Positions 1 through 9,899 of a stretch of 64,000 nucleotides of DNA are shown here, piece after piece. Position numbers and translations under genes: made by a program. Origin of the DNA: Bacilli bacterium (GTDB taxonomy: Bacteria > Bacillota_I > Bacilli_A > RFN20 > CAG-826); assembly GCA_017447165.1 (NCBI GenBank), contig JAFSOD010000004.1, positions 653,903-717,902 of the forward strand. The letters run 5' to 3'. Each line of letters begins with the position of its first letter. Positions within the stretch are counted from its first letter, which is position 1. Under the pieces are notes generated by a model that made no database searches, was not told the origin of the DNA, and saw only the letters and a list, made by a program, of their open reading frames with translations.

Positions 1-159
1 AACAATACATTTGATATGAACAGTTACAAAACTCAATTCTACAAGAAAAATGGACTTTTAGATAGCGGTGAAGCGTTAGGATGGAGTTTCTCTGTTATGA
101 ATATCTCTTCTGTTTCCGATGGTATATATTCCGCTACAATTAATTTAGTTAAAGCATAA
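1..159 (+). CDS. 3' end of an ORF entering from upstream of the window (unknown product)
   Basis: Frame 1 is open from position 1 to TAA at 157-159 (..GEALGWSFSVMNISSVSDGIYSATINLVKA*). No recognisable family. Confidence 0.3.
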   Translation, partial: NNTFDMNSYKTQFYKKNGLLDSGEALGWSFSVMNISSVSDGIYSATINLVKA

Positions 160-188
160 TTATTTTATTAATAAAATAAAAGGAAATC

Positions 189-1151
189 TTATTCAGCGAT
201 TTCCTTTTCATTTTGTTCTGCTTTACGTTTATATCTTACTAATAAATAAGAAAGAATTGTAAAGCCTATTAATAGCACAATTCCAATTGGGATTTCAATA
301 TATATTGGCGTATAGCCAGCTTTTCCCTCCATCCACTTGTGATAATAATCACAAATTGTGTAGTTATAAAACAATGCAGGAACGCTTCCAATAACAAAAC
401 CGAAAATTGAATAGAATGTAACATCGTGGTATTTACTAAGTAAATAGTGCATTAATTTAGAAATAAAGAAGAATCCTAAAATAATACCGATAGCTAAGCA
501 ACCAATTATTCCAATAAAATGTCCAAAGCCTGCCCAGCTACTTAAAAAACCGGTTACAAAACTCATAAGAGGTTTATAAAAACCAAGTAGTAATAAAAGC
601 ATTGCGCCTGAAACACCTGGAACCACTAAAGCAACAGAGGCTACAAAACCCACAGGGATTAAAACAAAATAGAACCAAATAGGTGTTTGATCAAAATATT
701 GTTGTAAATCCGCCTTAGCGAAGACACTACCAACGCCTAATCCAACAGCAACTAGAGCACAAACAATAAGAGCAATATAATGTTTTTTATTAGGTTTAAC
801 TTCTTTTACCTCATCTCTAATTCCAGGAATTGAGCCGATAATAAAACCTGCAAATATGCAAATGACACCAAACACAAAACCATTTAATGCTTTTTCCATT
901 AAGAAAAATGTTGGAACAAAGCCGATAACAACGCCTAATAAAACTGGTAGAACAATAACAATTGCTTGTTTAAAATGCTTAATGATATTGCTTACAGCCC
1001 AAATAATCTTGTTATAGACACCAAATATCACAGCGATTGTGCCGCCGCTGACTCCAGGAACTGCGCTACCAAATCCGATGGCAACTCCTGATAAAAGAGT
1101 TTTTAACCAATTTTTCATTTTCATACGTAAGTAGTATATAACAATTTTCAA
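189..1151 (-). CDS. DUF368-family polytopic membrane protein (PopT-like putative polyprenyl-phosphate transporter)
   Basis: About 10 predicted TM segments with two internal repeats carrying PGVSGGT and PGVSGAM motifs typical of DUF368. Track start is TTG at 1151; in-frame ATG alternatives at 1124 and 1118. No clear SD. Confidence 0.55.
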   Translation of the reverse strand: MKIVIYYLRMKMKNWLKTLLSGVAIGFGSAVPGVSGGTIAVIFGVYNKIIWAVSNIIKHFKQAIVIVLPVLLGVVIGFVPTFFLMEKALNGFVFGVICIFAGFIIGSIPGIRDEVKEVKPNKKHYIALIVCALVAVGLGVGSVFAKADLQQYFDQTPIWFYFVLIPVGFVASVALVVPGVSGAMLLLLLGFYKPLMSFVTGFLSSWAGFGHFIGIIGCLAIGIILGFFFISKLMHYLLSKYHDVTFYSIFGFVIGSVPALFYNYTICDYYHKWMEGKAGYTPIYIEIPIGIVLLIGFTILSYLLVRYKRKAEQNEKEIAE

Positions 1152-1198
1152 ATTAACATATATGTTTATTTGCTAATTTGATATTATATTAAGCGATT

Positions 1199-1753
1199 AT
1201 GAAATTAATTGTTGGACTAGGCAATCCTGGAAAGAAATACGAGCACACTCGTCATAATATGGGTTTTGATACTATCGACCTTTTTTCTGAATTAGCAAAA
1301 ATTGATATTGATAAGGAAGCCTTTAAAGGATTAGTGGGTAGAGGAAAAGTCTTTGATGAAGATATTTATTTACTTAAGCCTCAAACTTATATGAATTTAA
1401 GTGGTGAATCTGTTAGAGAGATTGTTTCTTATTTTAAAATCCCAACTCAAGACATTATTGTTATTTATGATGATTTAGATTTAGAGCCAGGAAAGATTAG
1501 ACTTCGCTTATCTGGATCTAGTGGTGGTCATAAAGGAATTCAAAACATTATTGAAAATCTTGGTACTGAAGAAATTAAACGCATCCGTATTGGAATTGGC
1601 AAACCAACATTTGATACGATTGATTATGTCTTAGGAAAGCCATTAAAAGAAGAAAGACCATTAATCGATGACGCAATTAATAATGCAGTCGCGGCGCTTA
1701 AAGAAATTCTTAAACATAGCTTCGATAGTGCGATGAATAAATTCAATCATTAA
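1199..1753 (+). CDS. pth: peptidyl-tRNA hydrolase
   Basis: 184 aa. N-terminal LIVGLGNPG..Y..TRHN and conserved core of Pth. Sits before mfd as in B. subtilis. Confidence 0.9.
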   Translation: MKLIVGLGNPGKKYEHTRHNMGFDTIDLFSELAKIDIDKEAFKGLVGRGKVFDEDIYLLKPQTYMNLSGESVREIVSYFKIPTQDIIVIYDDLDLEPGKIRLRLSGSSGGHKGIQNIIENLGTEEIKRIRIGIGKPTFDTIDYVLGKPLKEERPLIDDAINNAVAALKEILKHSFDSAMNKFNH

Positions 1754-1837
1754 GGAGGAAGTTAGACGAACCTATTTGATAAGCTAAAAACCAATAAAGC
1801 GATACCCCCCTACTTAGAAAAAAGTGGGCATTTTGTC

Positions 1838-4800
1838 GTGGACGATTTAGTAGGAATCTCTTTATTAACTGCGGCCTCTATTAAAGAAGAAAAAGGCAAA
1901 TATCTTCTTATAACTTCTAACTTATATAAGGCTCAAAAGCTCTATACATTCTTAACTAGTTTGCTACCTAAAAATAAAATTTCTTTATATGTTTCTGATG
2001 AGTTAATTAGAGCTGAAACTTTAGCCATGTCTAAAGAAATGAGTGCGAATCGCATCTATACTTTAGATAGCATTTTAAATGGCAAAACTGAAGTGATTAT
2101 CGCAAATATTTCAGCAATTAGTAGGTTTTTGCCCGAAAAATCGCTATTTTTAGATAGTTCCTTTTCTTTTAAGATTGGTCAGACCATCGACTTAAAATCA
2201 TTAAAACTACAACTCGTTCGAGCGGGCTATACCCAAGTTAATAAAATTGATCAGTCCCTTCAATTTGCGTCTCGAGGAGATATCTTAGACATTTATTCAG
2301 TTAACTATGATGACCCAATTAGAATCGAACTATTTGATAATGAAATTGAATCAATTAGGTTATTTGATTTAGCCACTCAATCATCTAAAGAAAAAGTTGA
2401 AAAAGTTAACATCTTACCCGCTAACGATTTCATTCTTTCTGATGAAGATTTAAAAGTGATTACAAATCGTATTTATGAGCAATTAGAAAAAGATAAGGAA
2501 GTTCTTAATCCTACTGATTTTTCTAATTTAAGAGATATGGTGGATAATGATGTATCAGAACTAATTGAATTCCAATATACTCCAAGACTATATCGTTATT
2601 ATTCTCTATTAGATGATAGACTTTGTTCTTTACTTGATTACACGAAAGAATACACGACTGTCTTAGTGGATGAAGCTTCTATAAAAGCAAGTTCAGAGAT
2701 GCTTGAAGAAGAATTTTTCTCTTTCTTACAAGAACTATTTGAAAATGGAAAATCCATTTCCCATCTAAAGATGTGCTATTCATTTGATGAGTTAAGATTT
2801 AATAGAGGAAATCTTATTCATACATCTTTATTACAGTCTAATGAAAAAGATATAGTCTTTAACTGTAAGAATATTCCTTTTGAAGTATCCAAAGATAGTG
2901 ATGTCATTAACATTATCCATAACTATGTTAATCAAAACTATTTAGTAAATATTTCATTAAGTTCAAAACAACACTTAAATTCGATTATTGATTTACTTAA
3001 TGTTTCCCATATTCCTTTTGAAATGGTTAAAGAATATGGATTAGCAAATAAACACCAAGTTGGTTTATCGATTTCTAATATTCCTTCCGGCTTTGTTTTA
3101 GAAGGTGAGAAAGTAGTTTTCCTCACTTCTAAAGAATTATTTAATGAGAAGATTAGAATTACTAGATTTGATAATAGATTTAAAGAAGGAACGATTCTTA
3201 AGAGCTATGAAGATTTAACTCCAGGGGATTATGTAGTTCACGAATATCAAGGCATCGGTCAATTCTTAGAGTTACAGACCCTAGAGGTAGAAGGTAAACA
3301 TCAAGATTATTTAAAAATTGCGTATCACGGAGGAGAGATTTTATATGTCCCTCTATCCCAATTCCAATTGATTAGAAAATATTTAGGTAAAGAAGGCGCT
3401 AGACCAAGATTATCTAGATTACACACCAAAGACTGGGAAAGAACTAAGGCTAAAATTAAAGAGAGAATCCATGATTTAGCGGAACGTTTATTTAATTTAT
3501 ATGTGGAAAGAAGTCATATTGAAGGATTTGCCTTTAATAAAGACGATGAATTCCAAAAAGCTTTTGAAGATAGTTGCGAATTTGAATTAACTAAAGATCA
3601 AGTGAGATCCTTAGATGAAATTAAAACCGATATGGAATCTATTCACCCGATGGACAGATTACTATGTGGTGATGTTGGCTTTGGTAAAACCGAAGTTGCT
3701 TTTAGAGCGATATTTAAATGTATTAACTCGGGTAAACAAGCAGTATTACTTTGCCCAACTACTTTATTAGCAAGACAACACTACGAAGTTGCGTTAGAAA
3801 GATTTTCAAAGTTTGATATTAAAATAGCAATATTCTCTAGATTAATTCCTGAAAAGAAACAAAAGGAATATATCAAAGATATAGCAGCGGGGAAAATCCA
3901 TTTAATTATCGGTACTCATAGGCTTTTATCTAATGATATCGTTTATAACGATTTAGGTTTATTGGTGGTGGATGAAGAACAACGTTTTGGAGTAGAACAA
4001 AAAGAAAGATTAAAGGAATTAAAATCTAATATTGATGTTTTAACTTTAAGTGCAACTCCTATTCCTAGAACATTACAGATTTCCTTATTAGGTGTGAGAA
4101 GTATGTCACAAATTACTACTCCACCAGGAGAGAGAATGCCAATACAAACTTATGTTACTCCATTTAACACTCAAGTAATTAAAGAATTAATCCAAAGAGA
4201 GTTAGGAAGAGATGGACAAGTATTCTATTTACATAATGATATTGAAACAATCTATGAGATAGCTTCTAGATTAAAAAGAGCAATTCCGACCGCAAATATT
4301 GCAGTTGCGCATGGAAAGATGACTAGAAATGATATCGAAGATACAATGATTAAGTTCTATTCTGGTGATATCCAAGTTTTAGTTTGTACCTCTATTATTG
4401 AAAACGGTATTGATGTTCCAAATGCGAACATGATTATTGTCGATGACTCTGAAAGATATGGTTTAGCCCAGTTATATCAAATTAAAGGTCGAGTCGGTAG
4501 AGGTAATAGGATCGCTTATGCTTATTTAATGTATAACGGCAATAAAGTATTAAAAGAAGATACTCAAAAGCGCCTAAGAGCATTACAAGATTTTACTGCT
4601 TTGGGAAGTGGTTATAAAATCGCTCAAAGAGATTTAATGATAAGAGGAGCTGGAGATATTTTAGGACCTGAACAAGCTGGTTTTATTGATTCTATTGGTT
4701 TAGATATGTATATCAAACTCTTAAACGAAGCAGTTAAAGAGAAAATAGATGGTATTGATCATAAAGAAGAGCAATATAACAAGACTCTTTCCTTGGCTTT

Positions 4801-5248
4801 TGATGCATATATTCCAGCGGAATATGCCTCCGATAGCGATAAGATTGAACTTTATCACGACATTTTAGCGGCATCTTCAATTGACTCCTTAACTGAAATT
4901 AAAAATAAAGTAAGAGATATTTATGGACGCTTACCAGATGAGGTTGAACAACTCTTCTATAAGAGAGCAATCGATTTAATGGTCAAACAATGTGAAATTA
5001 ATGATATAAAAGAAAATAAGATGAATGTCGAATTATATTTAGGAGATAACTTTATTAATATTAAGGGCATCGGTAACATCTTATTTGAAGCTCTTATTCC
5101 TTATTTATCTATTATTAAGATTAGTTATCTCAATCACAAATTCAAAATTGTGATGAATAAAAGAGGAAATTGGTTAATAGATTTAGAAAATATATTAAAA
5201 TCATTAGTAAATATTATTAATACAAATGAGATAATAGTAAAAACATGA
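1838..5248 (+). CDS. mfd: transcription-repair coupling factor Mfd
   Basis: 1136 aa. UvrB-homology N-region, RNAP-interaction region, superfamily-2 helicase motifs (GDVGFGKTEVA, DEEQRFG), TRCF C-terminal domain. GTG start at 1838. Frame is open upstream from 1766 with SD AGGAGG at 1753, so the true start may be earlier. Confidence 0.9.
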   Translation: MDDLVGISLLTAASIKEEKGKYLLITSNLYKAQKLYTFLTSLLPKNKISLYVSDELIRAETLAMSKEMSANRIYTLDSILNGKTEVIIANISAISRFLPEKSLFLDSSFSFKIGQTIDLKSLKLQLVRAGYTQVNKIDQSLQFASRGDILDIYSVNYDDPIRIELFDNEIESIRLFDLATQSSKEKVEKVNILPANDFILSDEDLKVITNRIYEQLEKDKEVLNPTDFSNLRDMVDNDVSELIEFQYTPRLYRYYSLLDDRLCSLLDYTKEYTTVLVDEASIKASSEMLEEEFFSFLQELFENGKSISHLKMCYSFDELRFNRGNLIHTSLLQSNEKDIVFNCKNIPFEVSKDSDVINIIHNYVNQNYLVNISLSSKQHLNSIIDLLNVSHIPFEMVKEYGLANKHQVGLSISNIPSGFVLEGEKVVFLTSKELFNEKIRITRFDNRFKEGTILKSYEDLTPGDYVVHEYQGIGQFLELQTLEVEGKHQDYLKIAYHGGEILYVPLSQFQLIRKYLGKEGARPRLSRLHTKDWERTKAKIKERIHDLAERLFNLYVERSHIEGFAFNKDDEFQKAFEDSCEFELTKDQVRSLDEIKTDMESIHPMDRLLCGDVGFGKTEVAFRAIFKCINSGKQAVLLCPTTLLARQHYEVALERFSKFDIKIAIFSRLIPEKKQKEYIKDIAAGKIHLIIGTHRLLSNDIVYNDLGLLVVDEEQRFGVEQKERLKELKSNIDVLTLSATPIPRTLQISLLGVRSMSQITTPPGERMPIQTYVTPFNTQVIKELIQRELGRDGQVFYLHNDIETIYEIASRLKRAIPTANIAVAHGKMTRNDIEDTMIKFYSGDIQVLVCTSIIENGIDVPNANMIIVDDSERYGLAQLYQIKGRVGRGNRIAYAYLMYNGNKVLKEDTQKRLRALQDFTALGSGYKIAQRDLMIRGAGDILGPEQAGFIDSIGLDMYIKLLNEAVKEKIDGIDHKEEQYNKTLSLAFDAYIPAEYASDSDKIELYHDILAASSIDSLTEIKNKVRDIYGRLPDEVEQLFYKRAIDLMVKQCEINDIKENKMNVELYLGDNFINIKGIGNILFEALIPYLSIIKISYLNHKFKIVMNKRGNWLIDLENILKSLVNIINTNEIIVKT

Positions 5249-5484
5249 GATTAGATTTATTTTTAAAAGATTCCCGCATAATTAAAAGAAGAACCATCGC
5301 TAAAGAGTTCTGTGAAAGAGGTTTAGTTAAAGTAAACGATAAAATCGCTAAACCATCTTTTGAAATTAAAGGTGGAGAAACTATAACTATTAAATTCGGT
5401 AATAATGAATTTTCAATTATTTCTAAAGTTGATAAAGTAGGTAAAAAAGAAAGAGCTAGTTATGACGTTAAAGAACCTAGATAA
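5245..5484 (+). CDS. S4-domain RNA-binding protein (YabO/Hsp15-like)
   Basis: 79 aa. MRLDLFLK..RRT..KE.CE.G.VKVN S4 fold signature. 4-nt overlap with the mfd stop. Same position as yabO in B. subtilis. Confidence 0.6.
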   Translation: MRLDLFLKDSRIIKRRTIAKEFCERGLVKVNDKIAKPSFEIKGGETITIKFGNNEFSIISKVDKVGKKERASYDVKEPR

Positions 5485-6673
5485 AAGTAAGAAATATTTA
5501 TTAGCATGTTCCTTCGGACCCGACTCCATGACGCTTTTCCATTTGCTTGCTAAAAATAAGTACCATTTTGCCTGTGCAATCGTTAACTATCACCTTAGGG
5601 AAGAAAGCGATTCTGAAGTAATGGGTTTACTTAAATACGCGAAAGAATTTAATGTAAAAGTATACGTCTATGATGTAAAAGAAAAAATCGATAAAAATGT
5701 GGAAACTACATGTAGAGAAATTAGATATAAATTCTTTAAAGACTTATGTGTACAATTTGGTTATGATGCAACTCTCATTGCTCATCATCAAGATGACCTC
5801 ATTGAAACGTATTTAATGCAAAAAGAACGACAAAATAACCCAATTTTTTATGGTATTTCTGCTGAAACAATGATTTATGGAGTTAACGTTATTAGACCTT
5901 TATTAGGTTACAAGAAATCTGAATTACAAAATATTTGTGATGAAAATAACGTCCCATATTCTATCGATAAAACTAACTTTGATATTTCAATTATGAGAAA
6001 CAAAATAAGACACAATGTTGTTTCTAAAATGTTAGAGAGAGATCGCGAACGAATTTTAAGCGAAATTAACGAGGCCAATTCCAAATTAAATGAGATGTTT
6101 AATTCCATTGATATACATAGATTATGCGAAGTTGAATATGTGCTTCAATTAGACTTTACTTCTCAATGTTATGCTTTAAATTATTTGGTAAAAAATATTA
6201 ATCCTTCATTTAGTTTATCTAAAAAGAATGTAGGACAATTAATTAAAATTTTAAAATCACCAAAACCAAATGGTCAGTTCGTTGTTTTTAAAGGATTATA
6301 TTTATTTAAGGAATATGATTTCTTTGAATTCGGAGTTAATAAAGCTGAACCAAGAGAATTTAAATATTCCTTATTATGCCCTGGGATTTTAGACACTCCA
6401 TTTTTCCATTTAAACTTTAAGATGGACACTTCTGATCGAAATATTGATTTTGATGATTATCCTTTAACTATACGAAACATCAAAAAAAGCGACTTTGTTA
6501 TTATCAATGGTTATAAAGCTAAGGCGCAGAGACTTTTAATTGATTGGAAGGTACCGTTTAGAAAAAGAATGGTTTGGCCAGTTATCCTAAACAAAAATGG
6601 TGAAGTTATATATATTCCTCGATACCGTAAAGATTTCAAAATGTCTGATAAACTAAGTTTTTATGTTAAATAG
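5462..6673 (+). CDS. tilS: tRNA(Ile)-lysidine synthetase
   Basis: 403 aa. N-terminal PP-loop ATPase motif (LLACSFGPDSM), HHQDD motif. Precedes ftsH as in Bacillus. Confidence 0.8.
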   Translation: MTLKNLDKSKKYLLACSFGPDSMTLFHLLAKNKYHFACAIVNYHLREESDSEVMGLLKYAKEFNVKVYVYDVKEKIDKNVETTCREIRYKFFKDLCVQFGYDATLIAHHQDDLIETYLMQKERQNNPIFYGISAETMIYGVNVIRPLLGYKKSELQNICDENNVPYSIDKTNFDISIMRNKIRHNVVSKMLERDRERILSEINEANSKLNEMFNSIDIHRLCEVEYVLQLDFTSQCYALNYLVKNINPSFSLSKKNVGQLIKILKSPKPNGQFVVFKGLYLFKEYDFFEFGVNKAEPREFKYSLLCPGILDTPFFHLNFKMDTSDRNIDFDDYPLTIRNIKKSDFVIINGYKAKAQRLLIDWKVPFRKRMVWPVILNKNGEVIYIPRYRKDFKMSDKLSFYVK

Positions 6674-6689
6674 AAACTTCGGTTTTGCT

Positions 6690-6718
6690 TTTCAAACTAT
6701 CTAAAAACTAATATAATC
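6690..6718 (+). promoter_or_regulatory. candidate sigma-A promoter for ftsH (TTTCAA-17-TATAAT)
   Basis: -35 TTTCAA at 6690-6695, 17-nt spacer, -10 TATAAT at 6713-6718. About 50 nt upstream of the ftsH ATG. Pattern match only. Confidence 0.35.
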
Positions 6719-6769
6719 TATATATCTTTTTAAGATATCGTATCAATATTGATATGGAGGTACATTTTT

Positions 6770-8839
6770 ATGCCAGAAAATAACAACAATCCGAACAATA
6801 TGCCAAGACGAAGAGTTCCATTTGGTTTTATTTTTTCTATATTATTAGTCGCAGGTTTAATTGCGATTTTTGCTTATCGTATGTTTGGTAATAGAGATAA
6901 CTCCACGCCTCTTACTTCTAAAGCATATGTTCAAGCTCTTGTTAATAAGCAAGTAAAGACTACGGTTATTACTCACCATTTTGAAGGTAGTTATGTAACT
7001 TTGAGTGGTCAACTTACAAATAATACTAAATATACTTGCACAGTTGATGAAGCTACTTACGAAAGTGAAGAATTAAGTTATACCGTAAAGGTTGTAGAAG
7101 ATTCTATTACAGTAACTGAAATGCCAGATGATCCTGCACACCCAGGTCATGTTTATGTTAAGGATGAAGTTTTAGAATTACCTGCTAAAAGTCTTACCTT
7201 TTGGGTAAATAAATATACTACTGAGGCTATTGCGATTAACGATGTTTATCAAACTAGTTGGTGGGATAGTTGGGGACCAACTATCATCATGCTTGCTGGT
7301 TCTGCTATTATCGTTATCTTCTTATTCTCTAGATTATCTGGTTCTATTGGCGGCGCTAATAGACAAGCTATGGATTTCAATAAATCACGTGCTAGAAGAA
7401 TTCAAGATTCTAAAGTCAGATTTAAAGATGTTGCTGGCTGCGATGAAGAAAAAGCAGAGATGGAAGAAATTGTGGAATATCTTAAAGATCCACAAAAATT
7501 CACCAAGTTTGGCGCTAAATTGCCTAAAGGTATTTTATTAGTTGGTTCACCAGGTACAGGTAAAACCTTACTTGCAAAGGCTGTTGCAGGAGAAGCTGGA
7601 GTCCCATTCTTCTCAATTTCTGGTTCCGACTTTGTTGAAATGTTTGTTGGTGTTGGTGCTGGTAGAGTTAGAGATATGTTTAGAACCGCTAAATCGAATG
7701 CTCCATGTTTAGTCTTCATCGATGAAATCGATGCTGTTGGTAGACAAAGAGGCGCTGGCTTAGGTGGCGGTAACGATGAAAGGGAACAAACCCTCAATCA
7801 ACTTTTGGTTGAAATGGATGGATTCTCTGACAATTCCGGTATTATCGTTATGGCCGCAACTAATAGAGATGATGTTCTTGATCCGGCTCTTTTAAGAGCA
7901 GGACGTTTTGATAGAAAGATTACTGTTTCCTTACCAGATAGAGAAGGTAGAGAAGCGATCTTCAAAGTTCACTCTAGAAACAAGAAACTTGCTAAGGATG
8001 TTGATTTCACCGCTATTGCAAAAAGAACAGTGGGATTCTCCGGTGCTGATATTGAAAATATCATGAACGAAGCTGCTATCTTAGCAGTTAGAAGAAGAAA
8101 AACTGAAATTACTACTGCAGAAATTGATGAAGCTATTGATAGAAGAATTGCTGGTCCAGCAAAATCTTCACGTTCCCTTAATGCACATGAACGCGAGGTT
8201 GTTGCTCACCATGAAGCAGGCCATGCTATCATCGGTTTGAAACTTGAACACTCTGATAAAGTTCAAAAGATTACAATTATTCCACGTGGTAACACCGGCG
8301 GGCACGTTCGTATGACACCTGAAGAAGATAGATTCCTTCTTACTCGTAAAGAACTTATTGCTCGTATTGTGGGTTATCTTGGTGGACGTTCATCTGAAGA
8401 GGTTTTCTTTGATGATATTTCTTCTGGAGCCCAAAATGATATCGAAATGGCAACTAGAATTGCCCGTATGATGGTTACTGAATTAGGCATGTCATCATTA
8501 GGACCAATTCAATATGAAAGAGATACTGGAAGTGTCTTCTTAGGACGTGATTATACATCTAGTCAAAAGAATTTCTCCTTAGCTACAGCAGAGAAAATTG
8601 ATGCAGAAGTTCAAAAGATTATTAACGAGGCCCACGAAGAAGCAAAGAGCATTATCGTTAAATACAAAGATGATGTTGAATTAATTGCAAAAACTCTTCT
8701 TGAATATGAACAAATCACCGCAGAAGAGATCGATTATTTGCTCGAACATCGTCACCTTAAAAAAGTTGAAAAGGAGAAGGTTGAAGAAACCGTTAAACCT
8801 GAACCTGAACCGGTTGAAGGAGAAAATAAGGGGGAATAA
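6770..8839 (+). CDS. ftsH: ATP-dependent zinc metalloprotease FtsH
   Basis: N-terminal TM, AAA+ Walker A GSPGTGKT, Walker B DEID, SRH, zinc-binding HEAGHA, acidic C-terminal tail. Start moved to ATG 6770, 9 nt after SD GGAGG at 6756-6760. The track's TTG at 6749 lies inside the SD. Confidence 0.9.
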   Translation: MPENNNNPNNMPRRRVPFGFIFSILLVAGLIAIFAYRMFGNRDNSTPLTSKAYVQALVNKQVKTTVITHHFEGSYVTLSGQLTNNTKYTCTVDEATYESEELSYTVKVVEDSITVTEMPDDPAHPGHVYVKDEVLELPAKSLTFWVNKYTTEAIAINDVYQTSWWDSWGPTIIMLAGSAIIVIFLFSRLSGSIGGANRQAMDFNKSRARRIQDSKVRFKDVAGCDEEKAEMEEIVEYLKDPQKFTKFGAKLPKGILLVGSPGTGKTLLAKAVAGEAGVPFFSISGSDFVEMFVGVGAGRVRDMFRTAKSNAPCLVFIDEIDAVGRQRGAGLGGGNDEREQTLNQLLVEMDGFSDNSGIIVMAATNRDDVLDPALLRAGRFDRKITVSLPDREGREAIFKVHSRNKKLAKDVDFTAIAKRTVGFSGADIENIMNEAAILAVRRRKTEITTAEIDEAIDRRIAGPAKSSRSLNAHEREVVAHHEAGHAIIGLKLEHSDKVQKITIIPRGNTGGHVRMTPEEDRFLLTRKELIARIVGYLGGRSSEEVFFDDISSGAQNDIEMATRIARMMVTELGMSSLGPIQYERDTGSVFLGRDYTSSQKNFSLATAEKIDAEVQKIINEAHEEAKSIIVKYKDDVELIAKTLLEYEQITAEEIDYLLEHRHLKKVEKEKVEETVKPEPEPVEGENKGE

Positions 8840-8856
8840 TCCCCTCTTTTTCTTAT

Positions 8857-9834
8857 ATGTTTAAACTTGGAAATTTAGAAATAAAATCGAATATTATTCT
8901 AGCTCCAATGGCTGGTATAACTTCTTCTGCCTACCGCGAATTTTATGCTTCATTTGGTGTTGGTTACGTGGTGACAGAAATGGTTTCTGACATGGGTTTA
9001 ATCTACGGTAATAAAGAAACAAAATCCTATGTTACTTTTGAAAGATTAGACATCCCTACAGGAGTTCAATTATTTGGTAATTCCGCAGAAAATTTGGCAA
9101 AAGCGGCATTAATTTGTGAAAAAATGAATCCAAATATTGATTTTTATGATGTCAATATGGGCTGCCCAGTTCCTAAAGTTACCAAGACTGGAGCAGGGTC
9201 TAGTTTGATGAATAATCCTAAGTTATGTGGAGACATTGTTAGAGCGATTAAAGAAGCGACCCACAAACCTGTAACTGTCAAAATTAGACTTGGTTCAGGT
9301 AATAATAAAGCTCAATTTAAAGAAGTAATTAAAGAAGTAATTGCTGCTGGAGTTGATCTAATTGCCATTCATCCAAGAAGCGCAAAAGAAATGTATGGTG
9401 GTCAACCACACTGGGAATTAGTTAAAGATTTAAAAAAGAATGTAAATGTCCCATTGATTGTTAGCGGAAATATCTACACGGTTGAAGATGCTGTTAGAGC
9501 TATGGAAATTACAGGTGCAGATGGTGTTATGGTGGCTCGAGGAGGAGTGGGAAATCCTCTTTTGGTTAGCAATATTAATAATTACTTTAATAATAAAGAA
9601 CTATTCACAAATAATTTAGATCAACAAATTGGTTTTTGTTTAGAATTAGCTAGATTATTTATTGAAGAAAAAGGCGAAAATGTCGCCATGAGAACATATC
9701 GAGGTATTGCAACTAAATTCTTCGATGGATTCCCAAAATCAAAACAGTTAAAGTGTAGGTTATCTACTGAACTAAATACATATTCTGATTTCCTTAGGAT
9801 TATTGAAGAATATAAAAAAGAAATTGAGATATAA
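8857..9834 (+). CDS. dus: tRNA-dihydrouridine synthase
   Basis: 325 aa. LAPMAGIT start and TIM-barrel FMN-binding Dus signature (DVNMGCP, IKIRLG). dus-lysS adjacency as in B. subtilis. Confidence 0.85.
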   Translation: MFKLGNLEIKSNIILAPMAGITSSAYREFYASFGVGYVVTEMVSDMGLIYGNKETKSYVTFERLDIPTGVQLFGNSAENLAKAALICEKMNPNIDFYDVNMGCPVPKVTKTGAGSSLMNNPKLCGDIVRAIKEATHKPVTVKIRLGSGNNKAQFKEVIKEVIAAGVDLIAIHPRSAKEMYGGQPHWELVKDLKKNVNVPLIVSGNIYTVEDAVRAMEITGADGVMVARGGVGNPLLVSNINNYFNNKELFTNNLDQQIGFCLELARLFIEEKGENVAMRTYRGIATKFFDGFPKSKQLKCRLSTELNTYSDFLRIIEEYKKEIEI

Positions 9835-9899
9835 ATTAATTTTGACTACAAAGTGGTCAAAGATTCCTATATACTATTTTCGATGTGGAGGCATTATCT

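Noticed and set aside
5131-5152. Imperfect 10-bp inverted repeat ATCACAAATT-c-AAATTGTGAT
   Set aside because: Inside the mfd coding region in AT-rich sequence. No reason to assign function.
7230-7797. Overlapping ORFs 7230..7541 (+) and 7402..7797 (-)
   Set aside because: Both lie inside the well-supported ftsH reading frame. No independent start signals.
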